Below are positions 11,132 through 22,590 of a stretch of 64,000 bases of DNA, one piece after another. The stretch is taken from the NCBI GenBank assembly GCA_963723515.1, contig CAVRQT010000003.1, positions 960,001 through 1,024,000 of the forward strand. Reading direction: 5' to 3'. Under the pieces are notes generated by a model. That model searched no databases. It worked only from the letters and a program-made list of their open reading frames with translations, and was not told the DNA's origin. The stretch comes from Vulcanimicrobiota bacterium. GTDB taxonomy: Bacteria; Vulcanimicrobiota; Vulcanimicrobiia; Vulcanimicrobiales; Vulcanimicrobiaceae. The stretch's first letter is position 1; the number at the start of each line of letters is the position of its first letter. The position numbers and the translations under genes were made by a program.

Positions 11132-11508
11132 TCCTCAGGTTCGGCGGCGTGATCGATTGCGCTGCGCACCAGCCCCACAACATGATCGTCCGCGACCGAG
11201 TACCAAAGGTGCTTTCCATCGCGCCTTCGCTTCACCAATCCATGCATGCGCAGAAGGCGCAAGCGAGCAGACACCGTTGATAACTCTTCTTCGAGCGCCT
11301 CTGCAAGATCTCCGACGCAGTATTCGTGATCGAGCAGGAGCGCGATGATCTTCAAACGGCCCGGCTCCGAGACGGCGGAAAATAAGTTCGCCGCGCGCTC
11401 CAGCTGCATGCGCGTAAACTTATCGCGCTGCGCGGCTCGTTCGGCTGCATCGACCGGGTGATGCGGTACGTCATCGCATTCCGCCACGCCCGTTTGCCGT
11501 TCATCCAT
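11128..11508 (-). CDS. ArsR/SmtB family metal-sensing repressor
   Basis: FSAVSEPGRLKII, EYCVGDLA (alpha3), VSARLRLLR..GLV, DDHV..LV..AIDHAAE (alpha5 D-x-H-x10-H-x2-E). Confidence 0.9.
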   Translation of the reverse strand: MDERQTGVAECDDVPHHPVDAAERAAQRDKFTRMQLERAANLFSAVSEPGRLKIIALLLDHEYCVGDLAEALEEELSTVSARLRLLRMHGLVKRRRDGKHLWYSVADDHVVGLVRSAIDHAAEPED

Positions 11509-11647
11509 CGCTAAGCTCACGATTGCACGGTTTTGCGGCGGCGCCTTCCGACAATTGAACGATTGATGAATTGTTCGTATGTGGATGTTTGACGATCGAT
11601 CGCGCAACCGCCAGGAGGCCGCCGGCGGCACAGCAATCGATCCCGGC

Positions 11648-14038
11648 ATGTCTATTTGCCGATCAAGCGTCGTAGTCGCGCTGATGATCGCATTCCTTGC
11701 GTTCCTGCCCGAGCCGTCGTACGCGGCCGGCGCAAGTGCCTCGTTAACCGGCACCGTAACCAAAGACAACGCTCCAGCGCCCGGCGTGGTCGTCACGGCA
11801 AACGGAAACAATGCGGTTTTCAAAACCTCGAGCGACGCTAGCGGGCGCTTCACGTTTGCATCCCTGCCGTTTGGAACGTACGACGTTGAAGCGAAATCGG
11901 GCGACAGCAGCGATCACATAACGGTCGACCTCGGCAACGGCGGTGCTGCGGTGACGCTGGCGCTCGCGCCGCCAAAGGTGATTGGCTCCGTGACTGTGGT
12001 TCGTTCTGCATCGACGCGCGGAAGCGGGAGCGACGTGACGTTGAACAGGACAGCTTTGACGCGGCTGCCTTTCAACAACAAGTTCCCTGAAATGTTGATT
12101 CAACTCCCAGGCGCCGTGCGCGGCGCAAATGGCGTTGTACACATCAACGGCGACCACGGCGTCATCAACTATATCATCGACGGCGTCGCGCTTCCGCAGG
12201 CACTCAACCGAGACATCGGCAGCGAGATCAACCTCAACGATGTCTCGTTCGTCGACACGATCGAAGGAGCGTATCCCGCCCAATACGGTTTGAAATTCGG
12301 ATCGGTCGTCAATGTATCGACATTGGCCGGTAGGGGGCCCGCCGGTTTTTACGGCGACGGCTCATACGGTTCGTATACTAGTCTGAACAACACGCTCGGC
12401 TACCACTCGCCGCTTGGCGAACGAGGCGGCATGTCCATCGCCTTCGGTGCTGACAGAACCACGCGTGGACTCGATCCACCCAACTTCGGCTCGCCGCACA
12501 ACAACGCCAGTGGGACGAACATCTTTGCTCATTTCGCCATTCCGCGCGGTGCAAATAACTTTACCAACATCACGTTCATCCACAGCTATGATACATTTCA
12601 GATCCCTAACGACGTTGACGGCGGAGAGCCTGCGAACACCGACGACAACGAAACGCAGGAGGACACGTTCCTCAGCCTTCAATTCCGTCAAACGCTGGGC
12701 GAAACCGGCGCTCTGACATTGGGCCCGGCATTGAAGATCTCGCGCATTCGGGATTTCGCGGATCCGACAAATGACTGGGCATATGGCGAGGCGCTCAACC
12801 TCGCGCCGCCGCCCTTTGGGAACGGCGGCACGCCGACCGACTGCGCGAATGCGCTCGCCACGGGCAACTTCGGACCGACCACGTGCGGCTACTCGCTCTC
12901 AAGCGACCGAACCGCCATCGACTATATCTTCCAAGCTGACTACTCTCGCCAGGCTGGCCGTCACGATATTCGCGCCGGGATCGGTTACGATGCAGCGCGC
13001 GTCCTCAAGACGTACGCGGTGAGCTTACAACCGAACAACTTCCTCGCACCGATTCTAACTCCGGCAACGCCTCACGCAGCGACGACCGTCATCGACAACA
13101 ACCCAAATATTGGAAACACGTACCAGTCGTACGTCCAGGATAGCTGGCGCATGAGCGACGCTTGGGAAGCCGATTATGGGCTGCGCTACGATTTCTTCAA
13201 CATCAAATCGACTGAGTTTTCGCAAGGCTTCGGCAGCTTCAGCCCTCGTTTGAAGCTGACGCGGTTCTTCTCGCCACGAGCCAACGTCTATGCCTACGTT
13301 GGCCGCTTCTTTGAGCCTTTCTCGTTCGAGAACGTCAGCCCCCAAGCCGCGCAGTTGTTGAATCTTCCGCTGCAGCCCACGGTCGCACAGTTCGACCTGA
13401 AGCCGGAACGCGACACGCAGCTCGAGGTCGGCGGCCACCTTCCGCTCGGGAAAGGAACGCTCGGGTTTCGTGTGTGGCAGAAAAATGCGGTGGATCTCAT
13501 AGATGACACACAAGTCGGCGTGACGCTATTGCATCAAGACATCAACTACGCAGTGGGCCGTCTCTCGCAGGAAGCGCTGAACTACGTGCAACCGCTTGCG
13601 CGTAACGGTCGCGTCTATTTCTCGGTAGCGCACACCCTTTCGCTGAACAAAGGCTGCGAAACACAACTCCTCGCGCCTTGCTTCGGCTCGCCGACGGATT
13701 TCACGCCCGCGGACCACGACCAGAGCTACAGCATCAGCGGCGGCGTGCTGCTCAACGACGAGCGCGGCGGATGGTTCTCCGCCGACGCGGAGTACGGTAG
13801 CGGCCTATCTTCGGCGATCTGCCCGGCCGACACGCCGGGGTTTTGCAAACGAACCCCGCACACGGTTTTCAACCTCGAAAAAGGCATCAGTATCGGTCCC
13901 CACACGGCGCTTACGGTTGGCGCTCAAAATCTGTTCAACACGCGCTACTTCGTGACGATCTTGAACGCGCAGGGCAACCACTATGCAACGCCACGAACGA
14001 TTAGCGTTGGCGTGCGGTTCGGAGGTGGAGGGCCGTAA
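11648..14038 (+). CDS. TonB-dependent receptor with N-terminal carboxypeptidase-regulatory-like domain
   Basis: Signal peptide; SDASGRFTF..LP.GTY; plug YIIDGV and AQYG; GLRYD, SPRL, QNLFNTRY...PRTISVGVRF. Confidence 0.9.
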   Translation: MSICRSSVVVALMIAFLAFLPEPSYAAGASASLTGTVTKDNAPAPGVVVTANGNNAVFKTSSDASGRFTFASLPFGTYDVEAKSGDSSDHITVDLGNGGAAVTLALAPPKVIGSVTVVRSASTRGSGSDVTLNRTALTRLPFNNKFPEMLIQLPGAVRGANGVVHINGDHGVINYIIDGVALPQALNRDIGSEINLNDVSFVDTIEGAYPAQYGLKFGSVVNVSTLAGRGPAGFYGDGSYGSYTSLNNTLGYHSPLGERGGMSIAFGADRTTRGLDPPNFGSPHNNASGTNIFAHFAIPRGANNFTNITFIHSYDTFQIPNDVDGGEPANTDDNETQEDTFLSLQFRQTLGETGALTLGPALKISRIRDFADPTNDWAYGEALNLAPPPFGNGGTPTDCANALATGNFGPTTCGYSLSSDRTAIDYIFQADYSRQAGRHDIRAGIGYDAARVLKTYAVSLQPNNFLAPILTPATPHAATTVIDNNPNIGNTYQSYVQDSWRMSDAWEADYGLRYDFFNIKSTEFSQGFGSFSPRLKLTRFFSPRANVYAYVGRFFEPFSFENVSPQAAQLLNLPLQPTVAQFDLKPERDTQLEVGGHLPLGKGTLGFRVWQKNAVDLIDDTQVGVTLLHQDINYAVGRLSQEALNYVQPLARNGRVYFSVAHTLSLNKGCETQLLAPCFGSPTDFTPADHDQSYSISGGVLLNDERGGWFSADAEYGSGLSSAICPADTPGFCKRTPHTVFNLEKGISIGPHTALTVGAQNLFNTRYFVTILNAQGNHYATPRTISVGVRFGGGGP

Positions 14039-14173
14039 GCGGCCTATTTCGGGGCGATCGAGACGACAAATAAGCGCCCGCTTGGCCGCAACGGTTCCAA
14101 GCTGGAGGGAACGATAGCATTTGGTTGGGCCGTTTCTTTCCAAAAGCTCTTATCAAGGGGGCGAAAACTGAAA

Positions 14174-14769
14174 ATGAGCCGAGTCTTAATTCACCGAGCC
14201 GCGGCCGGGCTGCTGGCCGCCTCACTGTGCGCGATCGCGCTTCCGGCTCCGCCTGCGCTAGCCGATGGCGCAGCGAGCACGCGCAATATCATTCTTGGCG
14301 GCGCAGCCGGTGCGTTGATCATCATCAACCACAACAGTAAGGTCCATGAGCGCTACGCTGAAGATGCGCGGCGCCAAGCAGCCGCGGAACAATCCGCTAA
14401 CAATGCGTGGGCCGCCTATCAGAGCGAAGAGACCGCGTACAACAATGAAGTCGCGCTGAACCAATCGCTCCAGCACGAAGTTGCCGTCCAGCATAGCATG
14501 ATCGTTTCGGAGCGGCAGCAGCTCGCAAAGCAGCATCACGCGATCGTTGCTATGCGCTCGCAGCGCTCGGTTGCCAATCGCCAAGTCGCAAGAGACGCTA
14601 ACCAACATGTCACGACCGTGGCGCAAAGCCGCCAGCCGTCTTCGGATGCCGGCCCGTTCACGCAGCCGGCGACACTGACGACGACCGCGCGCGTTCCAAC
14701 GTCCCGGCGATCGCACCAACGCGCACGCAACGCGTCGTTGCTGAAGCGTTCGGATGGGGCATCTTCTAA
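14174..14769 (+). CDS. Secreted coiled-coil hypothetical protein; probable frameshift near 14700-14730
   Basis: Signal peptide (PALA-D), Q/A-rich helix; alternative frame ends ...AEAFGWGIF* at 14769. Confidence 0.6.
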
Positions 14770-15184
14770 GAAGCATCGCATCAGCCGCAGCCGCCGCGTC
14801 GCTTCTCGCGATGTGGGGCTGCGGCTCGCACAATACCGTGAATGTCGGCGGATCTGCGCGCCGCCACGGGTTTAACGCCGAATCGGCTCGCCGAAAACAT
14901 CACGCGGGCCATCTACGACAATAACGGCGGATGTTGCGAGAAGCTATTTCAGCGATGCCATGAAATCGCAAATCCAAGACTACCAGGTCTTGTTCATGTC
15001 GCAGGCGATGCATCGCATGGGCGACTATGACGGTGTCAAGATCGCGCGTGTCGATGCCGGCCATGGACGCTACGCGTATCGCGCCTTCTTCAGCCGCGGC
15101 AAGATGGAAGTGCGATTGCGCACCGACAACAATGGCAAGGCGGCCGCGTACCGCATCGTGCCGCTCCCGCCCGGTCAGCCCTAA
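14754..15184 (+). CDS. Putative lipoprotein; frameshifted
   Basis: ATG 14754 MGHLLRSIASAAAAASLLAMWGC; continues through ORFs 14842..15030 and 14960..15184. Confidence 0.5.
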
Positions 15185-15235
15185 GAAAAGAAAGCACAAG
15201 GCCGCTTAAAAACGACGGCGAAGCATCGGCGCTGC

Positions 15236-15311
15236 GCCGAGATAGCTCAGTTGGTAGAGCACGCGCCTGAAAAGCGCGGTGTCCCGTGTTCGATTCACGG
15301 TCTCGGCACCA
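15236..15311 (+). tRNA. tRNA-Phe (GAA)
   Basis: GCCGAGATAGCTCAGTTGGTAGAGC...CTGAAAA...GTTCGATT...TCTCGGCACCA. Confidence 0.97.
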
Positions 15312-15315
15312 TTTT

Positions 15316-15346
15316 GCCGCTGAGAACTTACACTCGGCGGCTTTTT
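15316..15346 (+). terminator. Intrinsic terminator after tRNA-Phe
   Basis: GCCGCTGAG...CTCGGCGGC hairpin followed by TTTTT. Confidence 0.75.
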
Positions 15347-15526
15347 CTGTACGGCGGAAATCGTCACAATACGCAGAAGCGCCGCGCCTTGTGAATCAGA
15401 ACGACGCATTGAAGGCATTTGAGAACGGCGGGCGTCTCTTTTAAGCATTAAAACCCTCCTCGGTGAGCGCTTGAAACCGCTAGGCATAAGACGCGGTCTT
15501 GGTCGAAAAGCGCCCAAGGAAGACGC

Positions 15527-18500
15527 GTGAAAAATTTCTTTGTTAGCCGGCCGATCTTTGCGATGGTCTGCTCGGCGGTGATCTTACTGGTCGGTCTCGT
15601 CTCCATTCCGATGTTGCCGATCGCGATGTATCCGAAAATTGCGCCGCCGGTGGTGACGGTCAGCGCATACTATACCGGCGCGAATGCACAGGCCGTTGAG
15701 TCGTCCGTCACGACGCCCCTCGAGCAGGCGATTAACGGCGTTCAAGGTCTGCGCTACATTACCTCAACGAGCGGCAACGACGGCAGCAGCACGATCACGT
15801 GTACCTTTGATCTCGGTCGTGACCTCGACCAGGCGACCAATGACGTCCAGAACGCGGTCAATTCCGCCCTCGGCCGATTGCCGAATGAGATTAAACAGAC
15901 GGGCGTTCAAGTCAGCAAGAATTCCGGATCGTTCACGATGGCGATTGCGCTGACGTCGACAAATTCCAAATACGACTCGCTGTTTCTGAGCAATTACGCC
16001 GACCTGCAAATCACCAATGTTCTCAAACGGGTTGCCGGCGTCGGTAATGTCATCATCTTCGGCCAGCGCAAATACGCGATGCGTCTGTGGCTCGATCCAC
16101 TCAAACTTCAACAAAACCATATGGCCGCGGAAGACGTCGTCTCCGCGTTGCAAGAGCAGAACGTTCAGGTGGCCGCCGGAGCCATCGGCGCCCCACCCGC
16201 CCCGGCAAACCAGCCGTATCAGATGGCAGTGCGCGCGATCGGACGCTTAACGACGCCCGAGCAATTTGCCAACATCATCTTACGCGCCAATCCGGATGGC
16301 GGCTTCGTGCGCTTATCGGATGTCGGACGCGTGGAACTTGGCGCGGAAGACTACTCCAGCCGGCTGAGCTACGAAGGCCGTACCGCGATCGGGCTCGGTA
16401 TTCTGCAACTCTCAACCGCCAACGCGTTGCAGCTCTCCAAAGGCGTCCGCGACGCCATGGCGACGCTCTCGCAAAAATTCCCGCCGGGCGTTCAGTATGA
16501 CGTCGCGTTCGACACGACGACGTTCGTTAACGAATCGATTCGCGAAGTCCTCAAGACGTTGCTTTTCGCGATCTTCTTGGTCGTGATCGTCATCTTCTTG
16601 TTCTTGCAGAACTGGCGAACGACGCTCGTGCCGTTCATCACGATTCCGGTATCGCTGATCGGCACATTTGGTTTGATGAAGCTGCTCGGCTTCTCGATCA
16701 ACACGCTAACGCTCTTCGGAATGACGTTGGCAACGGGACTTGTCGTTGACGACGCGATCGTCGTCATCGAAAACATTTCCCGCTTTATCGAAGAGAAGAA
16801 AATGGAGCCGCACATCGCCGCGACCGAAGCGATGCGAGAGATTACGGGCGCGGTCATTGCCATGACGCTGGTGCTCTTGGCGGTATTTGTGCCGGTCGCG
16901 TTTTTCCCAGGCACGACCGGGCAACTCTACCGGCAATTCGCGCTGACGATTGCCTGCTCTATCGCGATCTCCGGTTTTAATGCTCTCACGCTGACCCCGG
17001 CATTAACCGCGCTCTTCGCGCAAGGCGGCTTGGAAAAACCGCGGCAGGCGTTCTTCACGCGCGTCACGGCGATCATCGCCGGTACCCGCGCGCTCTACCA
17101 CCGATCACTGCCCTACGTGCTCGATCGAAAAGCGCTTGCGATCGGGCTGTTTGCAGTCGGGTTACTCATCACGTTCCTCCTCTTCCGCACAACGCCCACT
17201 GCCTTTGTGCCCGATGAGGATCAGGGATACTTCATCGTTACCGTGCAGACGCCGGAGGGCAGCTCGCTCGATACGACGACGCGCATCATGAAGAAAGTTG
17301 AAGGGATCATCGCGCAGCAGCCGGAGGTCGTGGCGGACTTCTCCGTTGCCGGCTTCAGTTTTAGCGGCTCGGGACCGAGTCAGGGCATCATGTTCGCGCG
17401 CTTAAAACCGTGGGGCGAGCGGCGCGGCGCTGACCACTCGCTCAATGCCGTCCTGCAGCGACTGCAAGGGCCATTCTTTTCAATTCCAAACGCGCAGGTG
17501 TTTGCATTCAATCCGCCGCCGGTGCAAGGCATCGGGAACGTCGGCGGATTTCAATTCGAGTTAGAGGATCGCGGCAACGTCGGCTTGCCGGCGCTGATGG
17601 GAACGGCGTTTGCCTATATGAAGATGGGCAATCAGGATCCGAATCTCAAGAACGTCTTCACGACGTTCCGTTTGAACAGCCCGCAGCTCGTCTTGGATGT
17701 GGACCGGAATAAGGCGCTCGCGTTGCACGTGCCGATGTCGGACATCTTCAGCACGCTGCAGATCGACCTCGGCTCGCTCTACGTCAATGACTTCGACTAT
17801 TTGAACCGCGCGTACCGCGTCTACGTTCAGGCCGCGGCCCCATATCGCGCCACGGTTCCTGATTTGAGCCAATTGTACGTTCGCAACGCGAACGGCGACG
17901 TGATGCCCTTGACGCAGCTCGTCAAGGTGACGCGCGAGAATACGGCGCCGAACATTACGCATTACAACCTCTTCCGCTCGATTGAAATCAACGGCCAGGC
18001 AAGCGCGGGACATGGTTCAGGTCAAGCGATCTCGGCGATGCAGCGCATCGCATCGCAAGTCAATCCGACCGGGGTCGGCTACGAGTGGTCCGGTCTGTCG
18101 CTCGATGAGATTCAGTCCGGAGGACAGACCGCGCTAATCTTTGCGCTCGGCATCGTCTTTGTCTTTCTCGTGCTCTCGGCGAAATACGAGAGCTTCACCG
18201 ATCCGCTGGTCATCTTGATCGCGGTGCCGCTCGCAATCTTAGGCGCGCTCCTAGGCCTTAAACTGCGCGGATTCCAGAGCGACGTCTTCGCCCAAGTGGG
18301 CTACGTGATGCTCATTGGGCTAGCAACGAAGAACGGCATTCTGATCGTGGAGTTTGCGAATCAGTTACGCTCGCGCGGCGCCAGTATTGCTGAAGCGGCC
18401 CGGAGCGCCGCCGAGATCCGTTTGCGTCCAATCCTGATGACCTCGCTCGCGTTTACCTTCGGCGTTGTGCCGCTCGTCCTCGCAAGCGGCGCGGGTAGCG

Positions 18501-18706
18501 CGGCTCGGCGGTCGCTGGGAACGGCCGTCTTCGGCGGCATGATCGTCTCAACGGTGCTGAGCTTGTTCATCATCCCCGTGCTCTACGTCGTCATCGAAAC
18601 GTTCAAAGAGCGCCGAGCCTTGCGTCGAGCGAATGTCACCGGCGACGGCGCCGCAACCGATGGCATCGCCGCGGTGGAGATAACTCCGCCACTCACCAAA
18701 GCATAA
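15527..18706 (+). CDS. Multidrug efflux RND permease (HAE1 family), no adjacent MFP
   Basis: 1059 aa; FFVSRPIFA, YAMRLWLDP, GLVVDDAIVVIEN, KNGILIVEFA, RLRPILMTS. Confidence 0.95.
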   Translation: MKNFFVSRPIFAMVCSAVILLVGLVSIPMLPIAMYPKIAPPVVTVSAYYTGANAQAVESSVTTPLEQAINGVQGLRYITSTSGNDGSSTITCTFDLGRDLDQATNDVQNAVNSALGRLPNEIKQTGVQVSKNSGSFTMAIALTSTNSKYDSLFLSNYADLQITNVLKRVAGVGNVIIFGQRKYAMRLWLDPLKLQQNHMAAEDVVSALQEQNVQVAAGAIGAPPAPANQPYQMAVRAIGRLTTPEQFANIILRANPDGGFVRLSDVGRVELGAEDYSSRLSYEGRTAIGLGILQLSTANALQLSKGVRDAMATLSQKFPPGVQYDVAFDTTTFVNESIREVLKTLLFAIFLVVIVIFLFLQNWRTTLVPFITIPVSLIGTFGLMKLLGFSINTLTLFGMTLATGLVVDDAIVVIENISRFIEEKKMEPHIAATEAMREITGAVIAMTLVLLAVFVPVAFFPGTTGQLYRQFALTIACSIAISGFNALTLTPALTALFAQGGLEKPRQAFFTRVTAIIAGTRALYHRSLPYVLDRKALAIGLFAVGLLITFLLFRTTPTAFVPDEDQGYFIVTVQTPEGSSLDTTTRIMKKVEGIIAQQPEVVADFSVAGFSFSGSGPSQGIMFARLKPWGERRGADHSLNAVLQRLQGPFFSIPNAQVFAFNPPPVQGIGNVGGFQFELEDRGNVGLPALMGTAFAYMKMGNQDPNLKNVFTTFRLNSPQLVLDVDRNKALALHVPMSDIFSTLQIDLGSLYVNDFDYLNRAYRVYVQAAAPYRATVPDLSQLYVRNANGDVMPLTQLVKVTRENTAPNITHYNLFRSIEINGQASAGHGSGQAISAMQRIASQVNPTGVGYEWSGLSLDEIQSGGQTALIFALGIVFVFLVLSAKYESFTDPLVILIAVPLAILGALLGLKLRGFQSDVFAQVGYVMLIGLATKNGILIVEFANQLRSRGASIAEAARSAAEIRLRPILMTSLAFTFGVVPLVLASGAGSAARRSLGTAVFGGMIVSTVLSLFIIPVLYVVIETFKERRALRRANVTGDGAATDGIAAVEITPPLTKA

Positions 18707-18773
18707 ACAACATTACGCCGCCTCGGCGCTAGGTTTGGCGGGCGGTCCCAGCGGGAAAACTCCGCGCGATTCG

Positions 18774-19470
18774 ATGCATCTTAAGGAAGAGCTCGGGACA
18801 GTTTTGATCAGTGGCGGCGCTTCGGGTTTAGGCGCCGCGATCGCGGATGCCGTTGCAGCAGCACGGCGGAACTCCGGTCATCTTTGACGTCCAGCGAGAC
18901 GGCCGCACCCATGCGTTCGAGCGAGTCGACATCAGCCGGCGCGACGACGTCGAGAAGGCGCTCGCGCGCGTGCGCGACCGCCACGGCAAAATCCATGCGG
19001 TCGTTGCAAACGCAGGCATCGACGCCTGCGGCCCATTCGAACGGATCGCTGCGGATGCATGGGAACGCGTTATCAACGTCAATCTGATCGGAACGGCATC
19101 GCTCGTGCGGGCCTGTCTTGACGATTTACTGGAAACGCACGGCAAAGTCGTTACGGTAGCCTCAACGATGGGCTTCCGCGTCTTTCCCGATGCAACGGCG
19201 TACTGCGCAAGCAAATTCGGCATTGTCGGATTTACGCGGGCTTTCGCGGCCGAATTCGCGGGCCGCGTTGGTGTGACGCTCCTCGTTCCGGGCGGGATGC
19301 ACACCGCGTTCTTCGATGGACGCGAAGAGAAATACAAACCGGGCCCCGATGCGAAGCTGAATCGGCCGGCCGACGTTGCAAACGCCGTCATTTTTGCGCT
19401 GTCGCAGCCGCCCGGATGCGAAGTGCGCGAGCTGGTCATCACGCCTTCGAAAGAGGCGTCCTGGCCGTAG
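18774..19470 (+). CDS. SDR family oxidoreductase; frameshift near 18860
   Basis: VLISGGASGLG from ATG 18774; then ANAG, VNL.G, YCASK. Confidence 0.88.
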
Positions 19471-20690
19471 AGCGGCGCCGCCGCAGCTTCTGGAGCTCGA
19501 TCGGCCCGGGAATCATCTCCGGAGCCGCTGACAACGATCCGACGACCGTCGCATCACTCGCGGTGATCGGCTCGACGACGGTCTACGGCTTGGGCTGGCT
19601 CGTCGTGCTCGTCGTTCCGATGCTCGCGATCGTGCAGATCGTCAGCTCGCAGATCGCGATCGTAACCAAGCATAACCTCGAGGATGACGCGCAGCGGTAC
19701 TACGGACGCGCGGTTGCATACGTTATGTTGCTCGCCGTTCTGGCCGTGAACTTCGTGACGCTCGTCGCCGATATCGAGGGCGGCGGCGCCGCGATGCAGG
19801 TCTTGACGGGCGTCGATTACCGTACCTGGATTCTTCCGATCGCCATCGCCAGCTTGGCGATTCTGATCTTCGGCAACTACGAGCGCATCAAGAATATCCT
19901 CTTGCCGCTGCCGCTCGTGTTTTTGGCGTATCCGGTTGCGATGATCTTAGCGCGCCCCAACTGGCATGAAGTGCTCGTCAACACGCTGATCCCGCATTTC
20001 CAGCATACGCAAGAGTACGCGAGCGGTGCCATCGCGTTGCTGGGAACAACGTTGACGGCGTATGCCTACGTTTGGCAATCCGTTGAAACCGCCAAGGAGA
20101 AGCCGCCGCTCAAACGGTTGGGCTTGGTGCAAGTCGACGCGACGCTCGGGACCATCATCGCCGGAATTTCATTTTGGGCGATCGTAATGGCCACCGGCGC
20201 GACGCTGGGCGTTCACCATCAACATGTTGAGACGGCGGACCAAGCTGCAAGTGCTCTTCGTCCGCTCGCAGGAAAGTATGCCGCCCTGCTGTTTGGCGTT
20301 GGGCTGCTGGGCTCATCATTGCTCGCGGTGCCGGTCTTGATTGCGACGAGCGTTTACTGCGCCCGGACACTGTACGGTTGGCATACGACGCTCGACACGC
20401 ACTGGTGGCGCGGCCCGCAGTTCTACGGCTTTATGATTGCGCTGACGATTATGGCAGCAACTGTCGCCTTCGCCGGCGCCTCGCCGATCCGAATTCTCTT
20501 CATCAGTTCGATCATCGGCGGCCTTGCGACGCCGATTACGATGGTCATCATGCTCTTGATTGCGCAAAATCGCCGTGCGATGCGCAAGAAACCGTGCGCG
20601 CCTGGATTGATCGTTGGGGGCTGGATCGTCACAGGCGTGGTGACCACGGCCGCGTTGGTGTTCTTAGTTACCACATTCGTTCATCACTGA
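19416..20690 (+). CDS. Nramp family divalent metal transporter (start uncertain)
   Basis: GPGIISGAADNDP, LGTTLTAY; about 11 TM segments. Confidence 0.85.
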   Translation: MRSARAGHHAFERGVLAVERRRRSFWSSIGPGIISGAADNDPTTVASLAVIGSTTVYGLGWLVVLVVPMLAIVQIVSSQIAIVTKHNLEDDAQRYYGRAVAYVMLLAVLAVNFVTLVADIEGGGAAMQVLTGVDYRTWILPIAIASLAILIFGNYERIKNILLPLPLVFLAYPVAMILARPNWHEVLVNTLIPHFQHTQEYASGAIALLGTTLTAYAYVWQSVETAKEKPPLKRLGLVQVDATLGTIIAGISFWAIVMATGATLGVHHQHVETADQAASALRPLAGKYAALLFGVGLLGSSLLAVPVLIATSVYCARTLYGWHTTLDTHWWRGPQFYGFMIALTIMAATVAFAGASPIRILFISSIIGGLATPITMVIMLLIAQNRRAMRKKPCAPGLIVGGWIVTGVVTTAALVFLVTTFVHH

Positions 20691-20734
20691 ACCGAGAATG
20701 AATGGTTAGTAGGCCAGGAGCCGCGACAACGACT

Positions 20735-22436
20735 TTAGAGCGAACCCGTCGGAACGCTCGTGCTGATATCGAAGATCGCATTATAGGCATTTGATTTGAG
20801 GTCAGTCCGATAAACCGTCAGCCCCAGGAGTCGCCTTGCCCTTGTCGTCGCGGGCGTAGGTCTGTGCGCCGACCGTGTCGTTCACCGTTCTAATAGACGG
20901 CTTCCAGCCCGCGATCGTGAGTTGACGCGTGAACAAATCAAGCAACTGCGACGGCGTCTGGTCGGCGACGAAACTTACACCGGCAGCGTTGGACCCAGTC
21001 CAGCGACTCTTCACGGCGCCCTCAACGACGAGCGTAGGCAGGCTCGGCTGAGAAATCTCCGGTGTTTCAGCGCGCTCGCAACCGCTAGTGCTTTCCTGGC
21101 GAGAAATGCTTATCGTGACCGCACCCGTATCCGGATCGGCGTTGGTTGACAACCTCGGCATTCCCGATTTGCAGTACGCCGTGAACCCCTGGCTTACGGT
21201 GCCTTCGAAACCGCCGCTGCGAAACGGTAGCGACTGCGGAGTCCAGCCGTCCTTACGCAAGACCTGATTCCATGCCATCCACTCTTTTTGTGTCAGTGAA
21301 TAATAGAGCGTGTAGCCGCCGGCATAGTCGTAAGCAGCTCCGGAAGCGGCCGGCCTGAGCGAGGTACTTCCAATCAGCGTCCCCTGCGGACGGGGAATTC
21401 CTCGCGGTAAACCGGGTGGCATCGCCTTCACAAAAATACTGCCCTTGAGTTGGTTATCGGCAGTGAGAATGCGTTTTGCGAGCTCAAGAATGATCGGCTG
21501 TGCATTCCGTGCAGCATGTTCCGGCACGTGGGCGACCGTAGAGCTTGCCGGCGGTGGACGCATGAGCGGCGAACCTAAAGCGATTAACGTCGCGCGCAGT
21601 CTGTGCGTGCCGACGGCATAGATCACAATGACCGCGTCCCACGTTTGTCCATACGTGCGGTTCGCAAACCCCGCAAATGCGCCGTTCGGTGAACCCGACA
21701 TCGCTTTGACTTGCCACCCGGCAGCAACCATTTGCTTTCGGTAGTGCGTGAGCAGTTGCGGTACGGTGAAGTTTCCCTGAACGAGCGCTGCTGAAGAAAT
21801 ATCACCAAGCTCGCGACCATTGGAGCTGAAACCAACGCTCATGCCGGCGAGCGACTCTAACGTTACAATTGCGCCCGCGGGCGCTTCCAAGCTCGGAACG
21901 GGGGACCAAAACATCGGCAATCGCGACGCCTGCTCGGTGCAAGAATTGAGCGGCCCTTTTTCAGCGGACAGCACGGTAATCCGCAGATCGTCGCCATCGT
22001 TGCGCGGCGCTTGTATATTGACTCCTTGCTGCGCGCGGCAGAAGAGTGCGATTCGCACTAAACCTGAAGAGGGCGTGAAGCCGCCACGCTGACCGAATCG
22101 GTCGGGCGGTTTGGTTTCACGGAACCCGGCGCGTTGCAACGCGGAAAGATACGCATCGTATGCGGCGGCCGCGTCCGCCGGGCGGTAATAGATTTCCGTA
22201 CTTCCTTGGTTGAGGTGTTGAACCGAACCGAGCAACGGCAGGTCACTGGGCAAAGGTATCGAGGACGTCCAGCTAGGTGGCAGCGTGCCGACGCTTACAC
22301 GAACGGTTGACGGATAGCTATTGTCGGCAACGCGCGCCGCAAATGCTTGCAGCGCTTCATTTGAGATCGCTCCGGCCGCGCAAAATGGAATACCGGCCAA
22401 GACAATCGCAACGCCAATCGGCATCAGCTTACGCAC
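20735..22436 (-). CDS. Large secreted hypothetical protein with two internal homologous modules; probable frameshift near 20830
   Basis: AAGGAGG RBS before GTG 22436; signal peptide; alternative frame ends ...FDISTSVPTGSL* at 20735. Confidence 0.7.
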
Positions 22437-22590
22437 AATGAAGTCCTCCTTAGCCTCGCTCAGGAGCGCACGCCTTCGCGGCCGACCACATCCCCGGTAT
22501 AACGAACACTCTAAAGCCGTTATGACGTTCGTTCGTGTCACGATGGCATTGCTTCTTCATGATGATCTAGCCGGAACCGCCAGAACGATA

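Noticed and set aside
15347..15526. Possible riboswitch or ncRNA upstream of the second RND gene (also 5012-5246 and upstream of the pur genes)
   Set aside because: No recognisable conserved aptamer motif by eye; an Rfam/Infernal scan would be needed.
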